Origin: Octopus bimaculoides
Taxonomy: Eukaryota
Direction: 5' to 3'
Assembly: GCF_001194135.2 (NCBI RefSeq)
Contig: NC_068986.1
Span: 92,997,225-93,061,224 of the forward strand
Length of the DNA stretch: 64,000 nt
Made by a program: the position numbers and the translations under genes. This document shows positions 25,161-37,419 of the stretch, piece after piece. Within the stretch, counting starts at the first letter, position 1, and the number at the start of each line of letters is the position of its first letter. The notes beneath the pieces are model-generated. The model was not told where the DNA came from and did not search any database. It saw nothing but the letters and a program-made list of their open reading frames with translations.

Positions 25161-26239
25161 TATATATCATCATCATCATNNNNNNNNNNNNNNNNNNNNN
25201 NNNNNNNNNNNNNNNNNNNNNNNNNNNNNNNNNNNNNNNNNNNNNNNNNNNNNNNNNNNNNNNNNNNNNNNNNNNNNNNNNNNNNNNNNNNNNNNNNNNN
25301 NNNNNNNNNNNNNNNNNNNNNNNNNNNNNNNNNNNNNNNNNNNNNNNNNNNNNNNNNNNNNNNNNNNNNNNNNNNNNNNNNNNNNNNNNNNNNNNNNNNN
25401 NNNNNNNNNNNNNNNNNNNNNNNNNNNNNNNNNNNNNNNNNNNNNNNNNNNNNNNNNNNNNNNNNNNNNNNNNNNNNNNNNNNNNNNNNNNNNNNNNNNN
25501 NNNNNNNNNNNNNNNNNNNNNNNNNNNNNNNNNNNNNNNNNNNNNNNNNNNNNNNNNNNNNNNNNNNNNNNNNNNNNNNNNNNNNNNNNNNNNNNNNNNN
25601 NNNNNNNNNNNNNNNNNNNNNNNNNNNNNNNNNNNNNNNNNNNNNNNNNNNNNNNNNNNNNNNNNNNNNNNNNNNNNNNNNNNNNNNNNNNNNNNNNNNN
25701 NNNNNNNNNNNNNNNNNNNNNNNNNNNNNNNNNNNNNNNNNNNNNNNNNNNNNNNNNNNNNNNNNNNNNNNNNNNNNNNNNNNNNNNNNNNNNNNNNNNN
25801 NNNNNNNNNNNNNNNNNNNNNNNNNNNNNNNNNNNNNNNNNNNNNNNNNNNNNNNNNNNNNNNNNNNNNNNNNNNNNNNNNNNNNNNNNNNNNNNNNNNN
25901 NNNNNNNNNNNNNNNNNNNNNNNNNNNNNNNNNNNNNNNNNNNNNNNNNNNNNNNNNNNNNNNNNNNNNNNNNNNNNNNNNNNNNNNNNNNNNNNNNNNN
26001 NNNNNNNNNNNNNNNNNNNNNNNNNNNNNNNNNNNNNNNNNNNNNNNNNNNNNNNNNNNNNNNNNNNNNNNNNNNNNNNNNNNNNNNNNNNNNTATATAT
26101 ATATGTATATATATATATGTATATATATATATGTATATATATATATGTATATATATATATGTATATATATATATGTATATATATATATGTATATATATAT
26201 ATGTATATATATATGTATATGTATATATATATATGTATG

Positions 26240-26404
26240 TATTAATAAAGCTGCAAAGAAATCACAAAAACTGTTACTCAGAGTTTCACGATCCTGTTCG
26301 TCGGACAGTTTTGGTTGAACATATTACTCTACCTCTGGTATTTGAGTACTATTTTTTTCCACCTTATGTGCTTACTCTGGTATATATACATATATATATG
26401 TGTA

Positions 26405-26441
<37 letters not shown>

Positions 26442-26900
26442 GCACATGCACACACACAGATAGATGTGTATATATGTATACATACATGTATAGGTTTGGT
26501 GATGGAAACACGAAAATAGAACTGAAAACATGAGTGTATATATATATATGTCTTTTTATTAGTAATTGACGGAAGTTACAGCGTGATTGAAAAGATGAAA
26601 GTTTTGTGTATTGGCACTTGTCAAAGTGGTTTCAAACCATGGGGGTCATATGTCATATATACTATCCATTCAGTGATAATAACATCTTGCGTTGTTCTGG
26701 AACAAATTATAAAAACCATTACATTTGTTCCAGTATGATTGCATAGTTTTATAATTTTTTGATTATTTGTTCCAGAGCAATCCAGTATATAAGTATGTGA
26801 CCTCTTGACTTGAAACCAGTTTGATAAATGCAAACTGTCGGCTCTTAAGTCACTGTAAATTAGGCCGATTGTTATTAAAGACTGTATACATGTAAATGGG
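26240..26900 (-). mobile_element. Penelope-like element 3' remnant
   Basis: Minus-frame ..[13 protein letters not shown] resembles the GIY-YIG C-terminal E-x-x-WI-x-x-L-x-T-x-x-P-x-GLN motif and lies upstream of the hammerhead on the same strand. Confidence 0.45.
26267..26312 (-). ncRNA. Minimal type I hammerhead ribozyme motif (U4C core variant)
   Basis: aaaacugu-CCGACGA-ac(aggauc)gu-GAAA-cucugag-UA-acaguuuu: 8-bp stem I, near-palindromic stem III ACUC-U-GAGU. Confidence 0.75.
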
Positions 26901-26910
26901 TTTGTGTTTG

Positions 26911-26942
<32 letters not shown>

Positions 26943-26947
26943 GATAT

Positions 26948-27014
<67 letters not shown>

Positions 27015-27167
27015 TAGATATAAATTGTGTGTGTATGTATATATATATATATATATATATATACAGATATAAATATGTGTATATGTAGGTAGATATAAAT
27101 GTGTGTGTATATATATATATATGCATGTATATATGTGTATGTATATATATATATATATGCATGTATA

Positions 27168-27248
<81 letters not shown>

Positions 27249-27461
27249 NNNNNNNNNNNNNNNNNNNNNNNNNNNNNNNNNNNNNNNNNNNNNNNNNNNN
27301 NNNNNNNNNNNNNNNNNNNNNNNNNNNNNNNNNNNNNNNNNNNNNNNNNNNNNNNNNNNNNNNNNNNNNNNNNNNNNNNNNNNNNNNNNNNNNNNNNNNN
27401 NNNNNNNNNNNNNNNNNNNNNNNNNNNNNNNNNNNNNTATATATATATATATATATATGCA

Positions 27462-27494
<33 letters not shown>

Positions 27495-27497
27495 GCA

Positions 27498-27530
<33 letters not shown>

Positions 27531-28089
27531 GCATGTATATGTGTGTGTGTATATATATGCATATATATATGCATGTATATGTGTGTGTGTGTATATATAT
27601 GTATATGTGTGTATGTGTGTGTATGCATATATATGTGTGTGTATATGTGTGTATGTATGTGTGTATATATGTGCATATGTAGATGTATATATATTTGTGT
27701 GTGTGTGTGTGTTCAACAAACACTGAAGCTCAAGTCCTTGGCCACAAGGTATCCATCAGCCTACCAGCGGCACACCATCGCCAGACTGGCTATTCAAATG
27801 GCCACACGAGGAGATTGGGGTGAGTCTGGTGGCTACTACAAAATGACACAAATGACCTGTTCCCTCTACAGCAGTTCAATTCTACCATGCGGCACTGCTG
27901 CACATAGAGCAGTAGGTAGGAAGCATTGCCAGCCTGTTGCTGCAGCTATCACCAATGCTGCTGCTGCTACTACTACGACTACTGCTGCTGCTGCTGCTAT
28001 ATATTGATCTATTAGCCATTGCCAACAATACAATATAGTACAAGAAGGTGGGTGGAATGAAGGAAGCAGAGGTGGGGGAGGGTGTTATA

Positions 28090-28120
<31 letters not shown>

Positions 28121-28199
28121 GGCAGTTGCAGCAGTCTAACTGTAACTGCAGCCGTCTAATCAGCTGTGTTAGTTTGATAAAGTAGTAACCTGTTATACT

Positions 28200-28232
<33 letters not shown>

Positions 28233-29239
28233 TAAGTCGGTACACTAGTGGCTTGTGTGTGTGTCTGTTTAACTTGTTGGTTGGTAGGCTGGTTCGCTGC
28301 CTGGTTGGCTGGTTGCATTTGGGTATTTCCATTTTAGATGTGTGTGTGTGTATTCCTATATATATTCCTCTGTGTATGTGGAGACGGGTGTCTGCTTCTC
28401 CCTTTCTCTTTCTCTCTGCGTGTTTGACTGTCTCTGTCTGTCCCTTCTGTGTGTATGTATCTCTTTCTCTATCGCTGTGTATGACATATATGTATATGCG
28501 TGTGTGTGTCTCCTGGCACACCTCTTTCTGTTCCAATGTATATTTGTGCTTTGTGACTACATGCATTTCTTCTGTATTGTTTGTGTGAGTGTTTGAGTCT
28601 CTTTCTTCTCCTCTCTCCTGCATTTTAGCATATGTATATATGTGTGTATATGCGTGAATATTTTCCTCCTCTTCTCCCTTGCTCTCTTTCTCTCTGTCTG
28701 TCTGTCTCTCATTTTCTTATGATGGGGGATGGAAGTAGTTGAAGATAGATGGTTTCTTTCTCAGGTGTGAATGCATCTCTTATGGTCCTCTTGAAAACCC
28801 ATCACTGGCTGGATGCTACTGCTCCACAGATCAGTGAAGTGGTACAGACGCACCAATTTATTTTAGGTTGGTTTGAATGTTTATTTTCAGCTCTTGAGTT
28901 CAAGTGTTGATGAGGCATCAACTCCACTTTTAAAATTTTCCAGATTCAATTGGATTATATGGCCATTTTTCAGTTTGTCATCATCATGATTGTCCTTGTT
29001 ATCATCATTTCCATTCGTCATTGCGATCATCATCATTCTCGTCATCGTTATTTTTATGTACTTATCCTTCTCATCATTGCAATCATTATCATTCTGTCCA
29101 TCATTCTTCTTCTCCTTACCATCTTCATTTCAACATCTATTTTTCCATGATGTCATGTGTGGGTTGGATGGGTCTGCAGTATTATATTATTATTATTATT
29201 ATTATTTGTCTTGTTCTTGTATCAACATCATGAGATCTA

Positions 29240-30040
29240 GTCTTGTCTGTTTTTTCTGCTCATCTTCATTGGTCTTTCTCTTTCATGTTTATCTTCTTTT
29301 ATCAGCATCAACATTTTCCCATCCAGCCTCCAATATCGATTCCCATCCCATGTCCGTAAGCAGCACATTTGTCTCTCTTGTGTACATCAGGTGATGCTTT
29401 TAATACCCTGCAGCATATTCAACTCACACATTGAAAATGCTGTTGGCTTGCCTGGAGGTTGATGTTGCATTCCAACAAAGATAAAGCTTGAATTAAAAAG
29501 ACCAAGTTTACTCTTCAGAGCCAGAAAATATTTCAGTACTGGACGACTATTATCTGTCTACAAAACTCAGATGAGACCCAATAGTTGGTGTTACACCCAC
29601 ATCGAGGACAGTGCTGCTTTTATCTACACAGATGTTCTAGACCACATAAAATAAGAAGAAAAGAAGAAAAGCTATTGACTGATTGGGAAGAAGTTACCAT
29701 CACACCCCAACTCCTGGCCCACAGATACACTGTTTTCTCTTGCTGCTTTTTCTACTACCACTCACTATAGTAGGTTTTACCCCATCAGAGCTAATTGATT
29801 TCATGTTACCTTCATCCAGACATTCATCTCTCCTCTTTCTATCACCCATATTATTCTATCTCTACAGGTTCTTCACTAGCAACTTTACTCTGTCCTTCTT
29901 TTCCGCAACGCTTGCTTTCTGGAATCCTGTCTTTGCACATGTTATTCCTGTAGCTCTCAACTTTCTGCTGTTCAAGAGGAATATTAACAGCATTGATCTT
30001 ATTGGTCTTGGAGGACTTATGAAAATAAATGTAAACTTTT
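29240..30040 (-). mobile_element. Decayed CR1/L2-type LINE, post-RT C-terminal region
   Basis: Frameshifted minus-strand motifs DVGVT, RPVLKY (compare RPxLEY) and YTRETNVLLTDMGWESI (compare LxxLGWESL). Confidence 0.45.
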
Positions 30041-30230
30041 TCATCCAGCATCATCATTATTTAATGCCCATGTTCCATGCTGGCATGGATTCGATCTCAT
30101 GGGCCCAAAATCTCCAGTGTCTTCTTTGGCATGGTTTCTGTGGCTGAATGCCCTTTTTATTGCCAACCAGAGTGAACTGGGTGCTTTTTACGTGTCACCA
30201 GCACTAGCTAAGGCTGTCTTGTAGTTTGAA
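30040..30230 (-). repeat. Family B, degenerate
   Basis: catcatcattatttaatgcccatgttccatgctggcatgg..gggtgctttttacgtgtcacc. Confidence 0.6.
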
Positions 30231-30394
30231 CCAGGGAATAAGGGTCAGCTTTATGCTAGTAGATGAGGGGAAAAGAAGAAAATCCGTTCCTGCTCCAGCC
30301 TTTACTGAGCTGCCACATTCACTATGACAAAACATAACACTTCTTATAGTTTGTTTCATACTGCATCTCTTACACAAAGATAGACAGAGAAGGA

Positions 30395-30468
<74 letters not shown>

Positions 30469-31003
30469 GAGAGAAATCGTTTTTCATTATTGTTTAACCC
30501 AGATCATCCTTGATTCTGTTGCCTTATAATTAAATGGCCATCCTGTCTTTCTATTCAAATAGTTTGTCTTGGACTACATTATGCAATGTATTTTCATTTC
30601 AAGGCAGTGGAATATGATTTGACTGCTATTCTAGCAGATCAAGTGACCATGAAGGCTTCTTTCATTTACTCAAGAAAGCTCTTTGTTGCCAACAGAGTTA
30701 TCAGCTCTTTGAACTTTTCTACTTCTTCTTATCGTAACAACTACACCAATCAGGTTTCTTGATAAGGTTACCCAAGTGACACTAACTATAATACATCACA
30801 GTTGGTCTGCCTGAGCTGTTTATGCACTTGCTTTGATGTGCATTCTTATTGCTAATTACTTTGCATCTATTACATTTCAAGTCCTTCTTCCGTAACAATC
30901 TGCCAGTGTTTCCACTGTATCTAAGGGTAGTGCAGTACAGGAAGTAGTAGAACATCACATTAAACGCATGTCTGAATTTAGTCGTCTCACTCAGTTCTCA
31001 AAA

Positions 31004-31575
31004 GAAAACAAATATATGAATTAATGTAGACTTACTTTGTATTCAATACTTCAGGATTATGACCCCATTTTCAAGAAATTAATGAATGTTGCCGATGTGT
31101 GTGTGTGTGTGAGCGTGTGTGGAGTGGACATGTGCGGAAAGGTGTTGCTATAGCAACCAGCTAGCTTCCTGTAACTCTCTTCCATTGTTGATCTTAGGTT
31201 TCTTTTGGTGGATGAGGATGGCCTCAGAGATTCTAAGGTTGTCCCTGTTCCACTGTGTTGCCTCAATGTGCACTGTGAATTCCTGGGTCTGACATTTCCG
31301 TAGATGTTTTTTCACAGTGCACATCAAGGCAACACGGTGGAACAGGGGCAACTTTAGAATCTCTGAGGCCATCCTCATCCACCAAAAGAAACCCAAGATC
31401 AACAATCGGAAGAGAGTTACAGGAAGCTAGTTGGTTGCTATAGCAACACCTTTCCCCACATATCCATTCCACACACACCCACATCGGCAACATTCATTAA
31501 TTTCTTGAAAATGGGGTCATAACCCTGAAATATTGAATACATAGTAAGTCTACATTAATTCATATATTTGTTTCC
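31004..31575. mobile_element. Palindromic Penelope-like 3' end: two divergent copies, arms 31004-31279 and 31311-31575, 31-bp spacer
   Basis: The arms are reverse complements. The minus frame through the spacer and left arm reads KHLRKCQTQEFTVHI..LRISEAILIHQKKPKINN (GIY-YIG C-terminus); the right arm encodes the same on the plus strand. Confidence 0.85.
31502..31537 (+). ncRNA. Hammerhead-like motif with compensatory U3:A8 core
   Basis: uuc-UUGAAAA-u-ggggu(caua)acccu-GAAA-ua-UU-gaa. The mirror copy in the left arm has GAAG instead of GAAA. Confidence 0.5.
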
Positions 31576-31659
31576 TTGTGATTTTCCTGCCATTTATTTC
31601 GCATTGTTTTGGCCTTACCCGCGATCCTTCATACAAAATATATATATGATGATGATGAC

Positions 31660-31820
31660 AGGCTTCTTTCAGTTTCTGTTTACCAGATTCATTTAGAAGG
31701 CTTTGATTAGCTTGAAGTTATAGTAGAAGACACATGCTTAAGGTGTCATGCAGTGAGACTGAACCTAGAACCATGGGGTTGGGAAGCAAGCTTCTTAGCA
31801 CACAACCATGCCTGCACCTA
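31660..31820 (-). mobile_element. Family A SINE, 5' half
   Basis: ggcttctttcagtttc..gaagacac..gactgaacctagaaccatgg..caagcttcttagcacacaacc. Confidence 0.7.
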
Positions 31821-32566
31821 TAATAGGATTTTTTTAAAGTTAAATGGCTAGGAGGATCTACCTGAGTAAAATTGCAATCAAAGGGTCCATAGATGAAAAG
31901 AAAAAAATGGTTGAGGAACACTGTTTGAAGTGTTTCATATATTTGTTGAGTAGAGTATGTGAGTATGTGAATTGTAAAATTTTGTTGGATTGTGATTGTG
32001 TTTCCTGTGTGCTGTGTGAGTTGTGTTTTAATATCAGGTAGTGGTTGCATAGAACATGTGTAGCATAGATTATGTTATTATATTGGATCACAACTGAGTA
32101 GTGTGTGGCTTGTCGATGTTATTATAGCATCATGTATCGATTATGTAAGAATATGTCCTTGTGTTATTTTATTGGGTGTTGATTGTATAAAGTATACACT
32201 AATGGGTTGTGTTATGATATTGGGTGGTGACAGTATTGGGAATATGTTACATGAGCTGTACAGAGACTACTGGTTACGTTGCATTATTGCGATGAAAAAT
32301 TTGGGTAGTGCACTGGTTGGATCGTTGGAGCATCAGGAAAATTTTTCGCGGAATTTGTTCTGACATTTTAGGTTCTGAGTGCAAATCCTGGTGATGTCAA
32401 ATTTGCTTTTTACTCTTCTGGGTTCAATAAAATAAAATACCAGTCAAATACTGAGGTTCAGTGGTATTGTTCAACTCCACCCCCCACTATCCACTGAAAA
32501 GTAGATCAAGTACTGAGAATTAGAATTTTGTTAAAAGTTTGTTGTAATAGCAATTTTGCGTTTTAA

Positions 32567-32790
32567 CCCTTTTGATACCAAATCTGGCTGAGACCACCTC
32601 TGGCACTGTAGTACAAATGTCTTGTTTTTCCTAAGTTTTGAATGAAAATCTTCCACCAAACATTAGTCACAATTTATGTTCCTAACACTAACGCAATGAT
32701 AACTAAGTTATTTTACAAAATTATTTGTGATATTTAAAATTAATTGAAAGAAACACAGAGCATCTCAAAATAAATACAGCAACAAAAGGG
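32567..32790. mobile_element. piggyBac-type MITE with TTAA target duplications
   Basis: TTAA|CCCTTTTGATAC ... GCAACAAAAGGG|TTAA, with TTAA at 32563-66 and 32791-94. Confidence 0.8.
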
Positions 32791-32804
32791 TTAAAAAGAA
32801 TCAG

Positions 32805-32960
32805 GTATTTCCTGATTGACAGTATTTTCCTTAGGATGTGGGCATTACCCAAGGGACCAATATTTTTGTAGTTCTGATATTTTGGGGTTTCCTGGTATTT
32901 AGAATAGTGTTTAAGAGTGTCATTTTGTATTCTCCCCAAAGCACAGGATGATCACAAATC
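32805..32960 (-). mobile_element. Decayed Dong/R4-like C-terminal fragment
   Basis: YKNIGPLGNAHILRKILS aligns to QKIALLGTAHILRKTLS of the element at 1-240. Confidence 0.65.
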
Positions 32961-33194
32961 ATTCTTTGTGACTTGTATTTCAGGGTGACCTGGCTGAATC
33001 CTTAGCATACTGGACACAATGCTTAGTGGCATTTCTTCTGGCATTATGTTCTAACTTCAAATTGTGCTGAGAATTTACCATTCATCATTTTGGGGTTGAT
33101 GAAATAAGTAGCAGCTGAATGCTAGGTTAAATGTAATTGACTTACCCACTTCCCTAAGATTGCTGGCCTAGTGCCAAAAATTTGAAACCATAAT

Positions 33195-33410
33195 GGCAAG
33201 CTGGCAGAATCTTTAGCATGCTGGGCAAAATGCTTAGCAGTATTTTGCCCATCTTTACATTCTGAGTGCAAATTCTGTGAAGGTTGACTTTGCTTTTCAT
33301 CCATTTGAGGTCAATAAAGTACCAGTTACGCACTGGTGTCGATGTGATCAACTAGTCCCCTCTCCCAAAATGTCAGGCCTCGTGCCTTTAATAGAAAGGA
33401 TTATTATCAT
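33195..33410 (+). mobile_element. Family C SINE with (ATT)n tail
   Basis: ggcaagctggcagaatc..ttctgagtgcaaattc..tagaaaggattattatc. Confidence 0.8.
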
Positions 33411-33412
33411 TA

Positions 33413-33448
<36 letters not shown>

Positions 33449-33667
33449 GGTATTATTAGTCATGTACTGAGTACCACTTCACTCAAATTGGTGTAGCCAT
33501 GTGGACTTATAATATAAAATGACCATTATTACTATAGAAAGGCTTATAATTGTTACAGTTGTTTTTGTTGCTTTTCTCTTACTAAACTCTGACATTCAAA
33601 ATTATTCAAACCAATAAATGCATGCATTCTTCCACATGTGTGTGTCTGTTTCTTTACACATATTTGT

Positions 33668-33700
<33 letters not shown>

Positions 33701-33929
33701 CACGCACACAGCTCTCTCAGTTTCAATGTTTCTCTTTCCGTCCTAATGAATCAAATTGTTAATTTTCCTATGATTTGTATTTCCCTTTCACTACATCTGC
33801 ATTAGGATAATTTCGTGAATGACTCAGGGACTGCATTGCTTCATTGAATTAATTGCAGAAATGAAAATATGAATATTACTATTATGATTGTTATGATGAA
33901 GGTTGTGGATTGCCGGAAATAGTTGAACA

Positions 33930-34526
33930 AGATACTAAATGTTTTGCAAGTTTTTCTTGTGCCTTTCAGTGTTATTGAGTTCAAATCCCACTGGGTCAGT
34001 TTGGCCTTTTATCGTTTCCTAGGTCAATGAAATAAGTACCAATCAAATACCGGGGTTGATGTAATTGGCCTTGCCCCATCCTTTAAAATGTGGTGAAGTT
34101 AGAAAAACGAATTCTTCATCTTTTCCTCCTCCTGTATTGTTATTAAGGATGAGTGATTAAGCCCACTTGCTGAGGTCAACTTTATCTCCTGTTCTTTTGA
34201 GGTTAATAAAAAGAGTGATAGCCAAATACTAGGGTTGATGGCATCAACTAGACCCTTCCACTGCAAAACTACTGGTCTTGTACCTCAACCAGAAACAATT
34301 ATTATTGTTATTATTATTATAATTATTATTATTATTATTATTATTGTGGCAAGTTGGTAGAATCGTTAGCACGCTGGACGAAATGCTTAGCGGTATTTCA
34401 TCCATCGCTATGTTCTGAGTTTGACGTTGATAAAATAAGTACCAGTCGAACATTGGGGTTGATGTAATTGGCTCATCCCCTCCTCCAAAATTACTGCCTT
34501 TGTGGCAAAATTTGAAACCATTATTA

Positions 34527-34561
<35 letters not shown>

Positions 34562-35740
34562 ATGCTGGGCAAAATGCTTAGTAGTACTTTGTCCACCTTT
34601 ACGTTCTGAGTTCAAATTCTGTTGAGGTCCATTTTACCTTTCATCCTTCTGGGGTTGATAAAATAAGTACCAGTTGAATACTGGAGTCAATGTAATCAAC
34701 TTACCCCCTTCCTGGAATTGCTGGCTTTGTGCTAAAATTTGAAATTATCATCACTATTTCTTTGTTCTGAGTTCAAATCCTACCAAGGTTGGCTTTGCTT
34801 TTCATCCTTTTAGGGTTGATAAAATAAATACCAGTTGAGCAATGGGATTGATGTAATCGACTTAACCCACATCCCTGAACTTGTTAGCCTTCTGCTAAGA
34901 TTTGAAATCATTATTATCTCTGCCTTCACGAAGGTGGAGGTTTTGTTTTCAGCCATGTCTGTTTGTTTTCAGCCATGTATGTTTGTTTTGTTTGTCCATG
35001 GACAAACAAACATCTCAAGATATATCAAGTACCACTGAATGTATTCCGGTGAAACTTTCAAGGATGTTTGACCTCGTGACTGGCACAAAGTCATTAGATT
35101 TTGGGATCAATCTGGTACCGGACAAAGAATCTGGATTATTTTTCTGGTTCTTTTAACTTAATTTTTGAGAACAGTCGGATTCATTTTTAGTATAACTGTT
35201 TGTGAGATCAGTCAAGTTTATTCCAGATATTCTCATTTTAAAAATCATCTCTGGCTAATTGTTGAGAGGATGTTGGTGTTACCTTGGTGGAGGTTTGTGC
35301 TTTCTGAGTGCTCTTGTTTTTATTGAGGCAGTGAGCTGGCAGAATTGTTAACGTAGTGGGCAAAATGCTTAGAATTTAGATGGGGGTTAATTTAACTTTC
35401 ATCCTTTTGTAGTAGATAAAATAGTACCACTTGAGCACTGGGGGGTCAATGTAATCAATTTGCTCCCTCCCCATAAAATTGCTGGCCTTGTGCCAAATTT
35501 AGAAAAATCATTATCTTCATCATTGTCATTATTTTTAATAGACAGCGAGCTCGCAGAATCATTACTGTGTCAGGCAAAATGCTTGGTGATATTTTACTTG
35601 CTTTTACATTCTGAGTTCAAATCCTGCTGAGGTTCATTTTGGTATTTTTTCGACCCCAAAGGGGTGAAGGGCACTGGGATCAGTGTATCCGACTATTCCC
35701 CTCCCACAAAATTTCAGACCCTTTGTGCCTTTAGTAGAAA
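33930..35740 (+). mobile_element. Cluster of at least 6 mostly same-strand family C SINEs
   Basis: Recurrent gagttcaaat..ctttcatcctt..gataaaataagtaccagt units near 33960, 34345, 34560, 34760, 35330, 35545. Confidence 0.75.
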
Positions 35741-36254
35741 GAATTATTATTAAGGGCATTGGAATGGCAGAATTAGTAAAGGGACAAGTAGTATTTAATT
35801 GTATCCTTTTAAATTCTGATTTCATCACACTAGGTTCAGCTTTCACTTTCATTTTTCCTGGAGTGTGATAAAACAAGTATTAGTGAAATTCTTGCTCCAA
35901 TAATTGACTGAACCCCTTCCCTCAAACTTGTGACCTCATATCTATACTAGAGGTAATCATTATGAATTGTTTGTCAAGATTAAGGAGAGCAGCACACTTG
36001 ACTCTTGTGCCCTCTCTTATTTTGATGGGACTGATGATGCTGATGCCCAGCTAAAAATTTTGTTATTAAAGAATTAGATAGGGGTTAACAGATTTTGGGA
36101 GGAAGAATAGAGTGAATGTGTAAATGTGGGATCCATTAGGGTGGGGAGTCATAGAGGGGCTGATAAAACGGGAAGAAATAAACATGCAAAAGCAGTGAAG
36201 AGGCCCTTGTTTATGGGGCGTCACATATTGGCAATAATCTGTGATAAACTGTGT

Positions 36255-36460
36255 ATCTTGCAATATCCCATAATATTCAATATTTACTAAAATATTTCAT
36301 AATATTTTATATTTACTGTAATATCTCTTAATATAGTGTATTTATTGCAATATACCATAATATACTGCTTTTTCTTGCAATATCCCATAATATACTGCTT
36401 TCTCTGCCATATTCCATGATATATTGTATTTCTTGCAATACCATAATGTAGTTGTTTATT
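36255..36460. repeat. Degenerate ~29-bp AT-rich minisatellite
   Basis: ttcttgcaatatcccataatatactgct-like units, about 7 copies. Confidence 0.7.
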
Positions 36461-36879
36461 TCAGAATAGCTGATGGTATGCAGCATTTAATATCCGTTAA
36501 GCTCATAATTTAACACCTCTCGGTTGCAGTGTTTCATAGCTTGGTAGTAAAAGCAAAAACAAAGAAAAAAAACTGCTTTTACCCCCAATAATACGTAACT
36601 GTAGTTAAAAGGGGGCCTGTTGTTAGAAGAGTTAACTAATATTATTACCAAGCACATGATAAAAGGGAATCCAACAACCCAATTTTCAGCAATAAAGTAA
36701 TGATTTTTTGTAAGAAGTACAGGTATGTCTCTTTCCTCTTTGCCCATTCTTAGACACATTCCTCAGGCAAGAAGGTATTGCCTCTTGTACCTTTCTGCCT
36801 TCATTTTTTATTGTTTTTCCTTGAGCTGACTGATGTTCAGTGATTCTTTCTGGTTAGTCATGCTATCAAAATTCATCAT

Positions 36880-37060
36880 CATCTTCATGTTTTAATGTCC
36901 AATTCCTATGCTAGTATGAGTTGGACAGTTTGACAGGATCCAACTTGTCTTGAGGACTGCATTGTGCTCCAGTGTTTGCTTTGACATGTTTTTTTGTATG
37001 ACTGGACGGTCTTCCTAACACCAACCACTTTACACTGGATGCTCTTATGTGGCTCCAGCA
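36880..37060 (-). repeat. Family B, degenerate
   Basis: catcatc..tttaatgtcc..cttcctaacaccaaccactttac. Confidence 0.6.
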
Positions 37061-37419
37061 GTAGTGAGGTTACTATGCAGTTTTCAATAGTATGGTCTCC
37101 AATGAGTGAGCAGGACAAGAGTAGAGAGGGAAGTGGCTTTATACTAAAAGATGAGATGTTAAAGTATGTAAGATGGGTCCAGAAAAGAACAGGTCTCTTG
37201 CTGTAAAGGCGCTACATGGTTACTTACATTATAAAAATATGGATGGGAGTAACTGCTGTGTATCTGGAAAGGGAATTGTTAAAATTTTGGCTCTTGTCAA
37301 CTGTGTTCATCATGGTGTGAATTTCTGTTTTGGCAAATGTTTTTGTCTTTGCAACTCTTGTATTCTTTTTCTCTTTATCTTTTTATGAAATCTATTAAAT
37401 TTTTTGGACATTGTTGGGC

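Noticed and set aside
36653-36722. Candidate exon ending CAG|GTATGT
   Set aside because: Good donor but poor acceptor and no recognisable peptide
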